A stretch of 64,000 nucleotides of DNA from Eledone cirrhosa (taxonomy: Eukaryota), in NCBI GenBank assembly GCA_964016885.1, contig OZ024743.1, forward strand, positions 303,242,001 through 303,306,000. The letters are read 5' to 3'. Below the pieces are notes generated by a model. That model did not search any database. It saw nothing but the letters and a program-made list of their open reading frames with translations, and was not told where the DNA came from. Made by a program: the position numbers and the translations under genes. Of this stretch, positions 55,693-64,000 are shown in pieces. How positions within the stretch are numbered: position 1 is the stretch's first letter; each line of letters begins with the position of its first letter.

Positions 55693-56985
55693 AAAGTAGC
55701 GGAGCAAGCGGTTATCAAACAATTTTCTAAATAAATTAAAAAACGATTTAAATAATCACCTGTTCTGTTGCTGTTACCGACTGTTTCATCATTCCAAAAG
55801 ATTGGAAATCCAGAGAATTTCCAATGGAAAGAAATGAATCTTCATACAGCCTATTTCCACACTATAAGGTTGCAAGCCCTACAGTAAGTAAATATTTCGC
55901 TTCCTGCCCAACGCATGCGGTCAATTCGTTAAAATGACACACACGCAAAATCAGGTCGCTGATAATAGCTTTTTATTATAAACATATCCGTGCGTGCCGA
56001 GTTTATTAGTCTACATGTGGGGTTAGAAGTGAAGTCTACCTTATGATATTTCAGGGTGAGGTACGCGCCCGCTTAGCTAGAGATTGTAGCTTCTTTTCTA
56101 CCTTAAGGTCGGCGGCAAGTTCCTTGGCTTCTGTATTAATGTCGTGGTAGGCCATAGGGTTAGCTTTCTTATATTTAGAAATAATAGCGTTATGGACCAG
56201 GTGGCGGAAAGTGGTGTTGTCGACTTCGAAAATATTATTAGTTTTGTCAGAAAGAACGAAGGTGTTATTAGAAGGCCTAAATTTCTTAATATCATTTCTG
56301 AGTTTCGTTTGAAAGGTATTAGTGTGTTTGCGAAAGGAAATGTTAGCGACTAAGTCAAGAAAGTCCGTCTCGAAAGGAACAAGTTAAGTTACCTTAGGAG
56401 GGTAGGCTCTCGATTTTAGGTTGACGGTGTTGTTGGTGCCTGTAATTTTGCCGTCAAAAGCTAGGGCTCGCCATCTTAAGCGTCTGACGATATCTTCCGC
56501 TTTCTGTAGGAGAAGCTTTTGGTAAACATGTTTGCAGGAATGTTCTTCAGGGAGTAATCCAGTTCGTATAAATCCATACTGACGTTGATGAGACGCAAAA
56601 TTGTGTAGGACACGAGGATATAGAGAGCGCTCTCGGGGTAGTACGCCAAACTCGCGCGTGGTGAAGAATCTGCTAAAAGCCAAACTTCTACGTAGTAAAG
56701 AGAATTTTTACGTCTCCAGCACCGGTCAGCAGATTCTCTTGACTACGTAGAAGTTTGGCTTTTAGCAGATTCTTCACCACGTGCGAGTTTGTCTTACTAC
56801 CCCGAGAGCGCTCTCTATATCCTAGTGTCCTACACGATTTTGCGTCTCATCAACGCCAGTATGGATTTATACGAACTGGATTACTCCCTGAAGAACATTC
56901 CAACTCCTTCCAACCATGTTTACCAAAAGCTCCGCCTACAAAAAGCGGAAGATGTCGCCACATGGTTAAGATGGCGAGCCCTAGC
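55693..56985 (-). mobile_element. Internally deleted PLE (Naiad-type) family C with fold-back of its 5' end
   Basis: Minus strand gives MDLYELDYSLKNIP..IVRRLRWRALAF..FETDFLDLV..LSDKTNN..NPTCRLIN, homologous to the family B N-terminus. Hammerhead at the 3' end next to (TA)n; inverted arms 56460-56705 and 56733-56985. Confidence 0.8.
55770..55850 (-). ncRNA. Minimal type I hammerhead, family C (C3A mutation)
   Basis: GCUGU-AUGAAGA-UUCAUU..AUUGGAAAU/AUUUCCAAU..GAAUGAU-GAAA-C(AGUCG)G-UA-ACAGC. Confidence 0.55.
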
Positions 56986-57059
56986 TAGCACGTGAACTGA
57001 GTGCTCTGACACTAGGCATATTACCTTCCAGGGTTCCACCAATATATATATATATATAT

Positions 57060-57242
57060 CCGGGAGCTTTCAACAGAAATAGTCGCATTTGTTAAGGGTA
57101 TGTCAATATTTATTTATAAAACTGATCTATATTATATTTTATCTGATGAAAGCACACCATAATTTAACTTGGCGTCCTTGAAATATGTATAATGAAATAA
57201 ATATAGTTTTATTAATATTGTTTCCATTTGTTAATATATCGT
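57060..57242 (+). mobile_element. Short (TA)n-flanked PLE end, family D
   Basis: Homologous over ~150 bp to 35465-35625; contains a hammerhead; (TA)n on both sides. Confidence 0.6.
57135..57199 (+). ncRNA. Minimal type I hammerhead, family D, canonical core
   Basis: UAUUUUAU-CUGAUGA-AAG..CUU-GAAA-U(AUGU)A-UA-AUGAAAUA; 8-bp helix I, AUA triplet. Confidence 0.75.
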
Positions 57243-57268
57243 ATATATATATAAAAAGATTTCTTAAA

Positions 57269-57350
57269 CGTCGCCGATAGGATACGAACCTACGCGGGGA
57301 GACCCCAATGGATTTCTAGTCCATCCCCTTAACCACTCGGCCACGACAAC
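57269..57350 (-). tRNA. tRNA-Ser(AGA), variant or young pseudogene
   Basis: GTTGTCGTGGCCGAGTGGTTAAGGGGATGGACTAGAAATCCATTGGGGTCTCCCCGCGTAGGTTCGTATCCTATCGGCGACG: 82 nt, long variable arm, G discriminator, downstream T5 terminator. The T-loop reads TTCGTAT (A58T). Confidence 0.85.
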
Positions 57351-57521
57351 ATTTGACATTAATTATGTCTCATATAAATTAATACAACTGGCTATCCGCA
57401 AAATACGTATAGTTAGCACCCCAAACGTATAATTGGGATTATACTAAGGTATATCCTAATGTTTGTTGAGTAAAACGGAAGCCGGTCGGAGTATTGCTTA
57501 AAGCTTTCTCTGTTAATGTAT

Positions 57522-57607
<86 letters not shown>

Positions 57608-59343
57608 GCATTCCGACGATCTAATATTTATTCAAGGAGCTTCCTTTATATCGCAAACATTCGACACTGACGCAATAAATACTTATTTTCCACAATTGAA
57701 TGCCCGTGGTCTACCTGAACGATCTATCACATGCTGCTATATAGCGCATCATACCATGTCATGAATCAATATAAGGCATACGCAGCCAATGTGTAAATGG
57801 AGCAGCATGTTGTGTATGTGTTTGTGTTTATGTGTAAATGTGCACATGAGCATGCATGTGCCCTGATGCATTACTATACTAGAACTTCAGGATCTTGCTA
57901 GTATATGCTATGTGGTTATTTATATACTTGTATGGGTATGTTTATATACATGTGTGTGTATTCGTGTTTATCCAAATTTTTCTATATAGAAAATGAATTA
58001 TGAATATGTACATATGGTCTTTGCAATTGAAATTGCTATATATATATATGTGTGTGTGTATGTCTGTGCGCGTGTGTATGTGTGCGTGCGGGGGGGGGGT
58101 ATGTGTACGGGTGTGCATGTGTGTCTGTGTGTGTGTGATTGTGTGTGCATGTGTGCAAACAGTTTTATAAATAGTTTGATGGATCGATAGATAGAGAGAA
58201 CAAGTAACCACGTAAAGTCACTGGGAAATAATATTAAGTTGATGTATATAGACAAACGTATTCTTAAAAGTTTTTAAGATAATGAAAAAAAAGAGAGAAA
58301 TAAATTCAAGGAAATAATACAAGATCGTGAGAAAATGTGGAAATACGAGATAAATATTCAACACAAGAGCAAAACCTAGAAGTTGAACGACAGGAAACAA
58401 AATGAAATACACACAGATACAAAGAGAAATAAGATGATGAAGATGCATTTTAAGGAGGAATATTCGAGACATTTAGTTGATAAAGAATTGTGTGGTGTGT
58501 CAGAGTTGGGCGGAGTCGCCAACAGTAAAAATCAAATTGAGTTGTAAAGTCGAGAGTGATATTGTATGGACAGAACCAGAGATATCGACACATAAAAAGA
58601 TACTCAATTGACAAAGAAGGAGAGTGAAAGAAAGAGAGAGAAATAGATGGCGCGAGATGCGAAGAGCAATATATAAGTAAGATACAAATAAAAGACGTAT
58701 ATTTAGTGATATAATGTTATAGTGATAGAAGTCGCAAGATAGATGGATATAGCGTAACAGTGAGAAGGAAAGATGATATCGCATGAATGAAATACATGCT
58801 GGTGTAATATACTTGAGCATAAAAAACAAACATTGAGATGGTTGTTTGGAATAGAGAAATATCCTGACAGTTTGATGAATGATATAAAACTTTATGTGAC
58901 AGGCATTTGCATATTTCTATACATTGCAGAAAAGCTATTGAAAATAATCTTCATAATGATTAGAAGATCGTATGCAACAAAATAATACTGTAGTATAAAA
59001 AAAATTTAAAGGACGCATTTGAAATTGATAATTGCACCAGAGTTAAAGGAAATATTGATAGATCGAATAACGTATTTGTTTTTCTTGAGGGAGTCGGTAT
59101 GACTTTTCACGAGATGGAGTTAGAAACAATATATGTATTAACCTGTGATTTTAATTGTTCATGTTAATATCAATATTAACATTGGGGTTCAGATCAGTAA
59201 CCATGTTGCACTAAATACCCAAATATCATATATAAAACTTTACATGTATGGTTTGTGTTGTTTATCCGCACATCATAACTGATCATAGACATCATACTAT
59301 TTCATCTTGTATACAAATCATTCTATATTTTGGAATAGCTTAC

Positions 59344-59680
59344 CTAGTAGGGACGGATTATTTGAAAGAAAAGTGGCTGCCATTTCTAGTATTCACACTT
59401 TTATTTGCTGGTATATATTTGAAGTGTGTTTTACATTGAGCACTTAAACACAGAATCGGTTTCTGCACTGTGCGTATTGATCGGGTAAATGATCTCCAGC
59501 TCACGATTGCGAAGCAACATGTAGGCTTTGCCCCGTAGAATTTTCGCCAAATGTCCCCTGTCATAGCCTTTGTTCAAGAGATGTGAGTGAAATTAGTATT
59601 TTAGAAACTCTACAAAAGCTTCGGTTGAATGACAACTCGGCAGAAGTCCTTGGAGGCCGCCATTTTGCCTCCGACAAATC
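59344..59680 (-). promoter_or_regulatory. Candidate promoter/first exon of a minus-strand host gene
   Basis: YY1-type GCCGCCATTTTG at 59656-59667, locally higher CpG, and GAAATGG start at 59383 giving MAATFLSNNPSLL followed by an AG|GTAAG donor at 59344/59343. No downstream exon found. Confidence 0.25.
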
Positions 59681-60449
59681 CAAGGAAAATAGAGTACTGG
59701 AATTCAAACCGTATTGTTTCGAAACTTTGTGCTCAAGTCCTCATTCTACTAAAGAGCACTTTATATATGATACTTACCCGGTGTATAATAAACGAAATTA
59801 TTATAATATATTGACTGTTATGATGTTCACATTATTCTGTGTTTTCCTGTGAATCAATTTCCGTAAATGCTGTAGACAAATCATTTACAAAGCAAAATTT
59901 CGCAGAATGATTTAGAATTCAGAAGATAAACTGTGTTTTAGCAGGTAGTAACATAACGCAGGATAAGGTAAGAAAAACAAAATTCTTCTGTGGAACAAAA
60001 CATTTTGCGTTATGAAGATGTAGCGTTGTGTATGTCATATGCTTCATTTTAATAATACAAATTGAAAACAAAAGTTTAGTATACTAAAAAGAGACATATA
60101 CAAAGATTATGAGCTGACACTGTCTTATGTCTTAGCAAAATTTACACTTTTTTGTATTTTTTCTACTATTTCTGAGGCTCTGGAATGTGCCATATGGATG
60201 TCCTTTTCCTATTGACTAGGCAATAAAAAAGGTTAAAAGTTTTAAATGAATATAATTGTCTGAAGTTAATACAAAAATGTACCCATTTTAGATAATGAAG
60301 TTAATAAAATGTTTCAACTTCATGGACGCCCTCTGTGACGCCGTTAATGAATGTATATCAAGGGAAAAACTAAATACTATAAAACGTTTATTTGACTTAA
60401 TACCACGTATTAATATAATGCGATACTAGGATATAACACCCTATAACTT

Positions 60450-63195
60450 GAATGCTCTAATTGATGGCTCTCTATATTCACCTCCAACTAATCAAAAGAA
60501 AAACAGAGAGAGGTTTTCACCGGAAGACAATAAAGAAATCCTTGAGGCTTTCCCACTGCCATCTGCTTCAACACCAACAATAAAACAAAATCGAATAGAA
60601 AACCAACATATATCAACTGGAGAAAGACACACCCTGAAAATAAAACGTGTGTTGACACAAGAAATCGGTTAATATCTAAAGAATACTCATTAACAATATG
60701 TTGCTAGCTGACATAAAAATTGACAAATTCAGGTTATTAGCATAAAAACAAAAAGGGGAAAAAGCAATCAGCATAAGGACAACGAAGGTAACAGGAAATT
60801 TGTATAATTGAAATAGAGCCCAGATTGATTACGGAGCCACAGACTCCGGAACAAATCAACGCAACGCTTGAACGAGTGAAAAGATAACCTGCCTAATCTA
60901 AAGCTCAAACTGAAAACATTGAATAGTATGTCCATGAACAATAAACAAATGCTACTGAACTTGCCGATCTGAAGAATGGAATTATGTAGTCGATGAAAAT
61001 GAAGGTAACTGACATAGTTGATTAAGATAATCTCCCTAATCTCCAATACCACAAACAAAACCATAATATAATACGAAAGACACACCTATCCCACAAAAAT
61101 ATAATTGCCACAAATATCCTATATATCACTAAATTAAACCATGTTTATGTTGTAATGGCTACAGTCACAACTCAGTTATATGGAGTGAAAAGGAATGTTT
61201 AGAAACAATAACTGCTTGGCAAGAGAAAACAAATCGAAAAATAAACCTTCTACGATCTAACATAAGCATTTTGCAAATTACGCAATATTTACGAATTACA
61301 CAATATTTTAAATAATATGAATTTAAATTTATTCAAAAGAAAATACAACATTAAATCACCGTGTAGCATAGATATGATGATAGAAACAATCCAGAAAATT
61401 CGTCGGCCAATGCTGGTCAAGTAAGGCACTTTGAAAAACGTACCAGAATCTATGAGAATAACATTTTTGAAAACAAACAAAAACATTTTGACAGTCAAAT
61501 ACAAAAATCCCCAATTTGTGTTAAATCAATACTATCCAAGGAAGAAGTGAAAGAATTCGGTAGAAAAACCTGGGCCGAAGTGAAAGGTCATAATGTAGAT
61601 GTTCCATGGAGAGACAGACAAATGACAAAGAAAATTCATCTAGAAAAAATAGGAAATCATAACAGTTGAACGCCTGCGTTCAGGTCTTAGAAAACCCAGA
61701 ACATGGATATCTCCAGCCAAAGACAAAGTAGGAACGTTTGTATAAATCACTTCACAGATACTCTTGAATTATTATCCCAAATTTAAAATGAAATTGTCAA
61801 GAAGCTAGAAATATACCCTCATGGATAGTTAATGACACTACGTTGTACATCCAATTCTGACTGAATCCATATATTATCACCTGATGTAAGTGTCATGTTT
61901 TGCCAAAGAACAGAAACGATTTAAACGAGACTCGTATGTTTGAAGAGATCAGCTTTTCAATGTGAAAATGATCCTGGACTATTCTTATAACAGACACAAG
62001 ACTCTATCAAATGATTGTATTGATTACGAAAAGCATTCTATAGTTTACCAAAATATCTGCCATCCTCGGGAAGTTCCAGTCATTCGATGTGAAACAGTGA
62101 GAAAACAACACTCTTTGAGAGAAGTGAAAACAAATCTCTAATAGCTGGAGTTGTTGACATTATTTATTGAATTATTTATCAATGCTTTTATTTTGTATCG
62201 CAAACCTAAGTAAAATGCTCAATTAAGCTAAACATGAATATATAATTGATGGAAAAAACATAAATCTGTTGTTTTACATGACTGTAGCAAAACAGAAAGT
62301 AGTTCAGAGATGATATTAAAATTAAATGTTGACTAATTAAATGTGCCAAAGCCATATTGGGCAGCGGAAAGCTATTGAAAACTTCAGACGTTAAACATGG
62401 TATGGGAAAACTGAAAGAGAACTTGAACAAGCACAAATATGTCAGTATCTAAATGTGTGTAAAGGAGAGAGCATAAAACACTCAGCATTAAGGGAACAGT
62501 GAAGATGGAATAGACTTCCTAGGTAAAAGCAATTTTATGATCAAATCAAAATGTCAGAAACAGAATAGCCATTCCTGTAATAACTTACAGTTTCATATCC
62601 TTCACTGGTCAGAGGTAGTGATTCGTAAACCTGATAGAAAACTTAGAAATTTATCAACCATGCAAACAATGTATCAACCCAACGTAGCAGTAATATACAG
62701 ATTATATCTCGCTAGGAAAGAAGGAGTTTGATGATTACAAATAAAAAGTCATTAGAAGACAGGCTTGGAGCTGACAACAAAAGCCTGTGTGTGGAAAATA
62801 CACAGACAGCTTAAAATCCTGCTGGGGACAAAGCATTTTCCCATCAGTGGTTAACCACCTCTGGAGTAGGATCAGAGACTCCAGGGCTAATCATATCAGC
62901 ACAGGATCAGTGTCTACGAAGAAAGCAACTATCACGCCAACACCTTAAAAAAATGGATGCAGCCCGTTGAGACGTATAAATAATATCCAGGAATAATTTA
63001 TCATACAATTTCCATGGCCAAGTTTTAGCGCCAGTCGAATTCTTTAAAAGGCACGGCATTGCTTCATAACACGTACATTGGATAATTCACAAGAACTTCG
63101 ATCTGGCCCTGCAGCTCCCGTACATAAAACAGGCCATATTTCAATTTTGTGGTACCTTAACATTCAGTCAGACCGCAAAATAGAGGCGAATAGTT
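60450..63195 (+). mobile_element. Decayed R4/Dong-clade (RT + RLE) non-LTR retrotransposon
   Basis: RERFSPEDNKEILEAF (~60505), WISPAKDK (~61705), IPSWIV, IDYEK (~62020), RLYLARKEG (~62700), HQWLTTSGVGSETPGLIISAQDQCL (~62842-62916), LAPVEFFKRH, ILWYLNIQSDRKIEAN (~63145-63192). Confidence 0.75.
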
Positions 63196-64000
63196 TCCGG
63201 CATTGTTCACATGTGGAGGTCTTTCAAATAGCTATTTTAAGGAGAGACAAGAATCCAGATATCGAATAACTCCATCGCGAAAACCGCGCCACCGTCTTTA
63301 TTTGGCCAAGAAGGACATACCGTTTGGTGGCTGTAGAGAATGCAGTTGTTTGGTGGATACAACTGAAATGACTGAATACAGAGACGTTCCTCGCTGCCAA
63401 TCCCTCATCAACTTAAAATTCTTCTCGGAAAGGAAGATGATGGTTTTCAGCGAAGTGCTGCTCCTCAGTACATTAATTAAAATGATGGTGTATATAACGA
63501 GGATTTCCCGAGTGAATAGTTCTACTCTGCTCATGCATCTGCTGGTATGTATAGTTCAGAGAGGATGAATACACCCGCCTAGGAATCACTTAATGATAAG
63601 GCTGTTTTCGGATCTATGGCGTTCCTAAACAATCTCTGGATGATTCTCACTTCATATTGGCGAATTGTGTTGTTATTTATTATGAAATGTTTCCAGTTTG
63701 GTTTATTAGAGGTTTTTCTGTAAACTATTACCACCATTGTACTTTTGTATAGTTCTCTATGATTTGACCCTAGTAGTCAATCAAATATAATTATTATTTC
63801 GTTTTTGCATTATGGTTTATTACGACAGTGATGTATATTAACTGACCATCAAGTCTAGAGAACTCAGAAAACCAGGATATGGTCTGAGCTATGAGAAGTT
63901 GATCTTTGCAGGCAGGAATCGTTAGGTTGTATTCCAAGTTCTACTGATTTCTTTTCTAATTTTTTTTGGTATCGATCAGAGTGCACCAATAACAACAGGA

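Noticed and set aside
63196-63600. ORF 63203-63568 as an LTR-retrotransposon or gene fragment
   Set aside because: No motif could be recognised with confidence.

Overview
AT-rich animal genomic DNA made almost entirely of microsatellites and mobile elements. The SINE and repeat content suggests a coleoid cephalopod such as Octopus (inference). No intact host protein-coding gene is evident, and nearly all ORF-track entries are translations of (TA)n/(CA)n repeats. The dominant structure is a 16-kb Penelope-like (PLE, Naiad-type RT + GIY-YIG) insertion at 39638-55678 inside a (TA)n tract. It consists of two head-to-tail ~6.3-kb units, a partial third end, and a 2.8-kb inverted terminal copy. Each end carries a type I hammerhead ribozyme with a ~116-nt helix II, and each unit carries a ~2-kb microsatellite mosaic in its 3' UTR. 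At least three further PLE families, each with its own hammerhead, occur as truncated or palindromic (TA)n-embedded insertions, giving 10 hammerhead motifs in the window. Also present: a near full-length Tx1-clade LINE in a (TTA)n tract plus an older copy, two decayed R4/Dong-clade LINEs, a Chapaev3-type DNA transposon with TIRs and a TAA TSD, two tRNA-derived SINE families (one with a 3' end resembling the Tx1 end), a variant tRNA-Ser(AGA), and a weakly supported first exon/promoter near 59.5 kb. All calls were made by eye and family names are from recalled motifs, not database searches.
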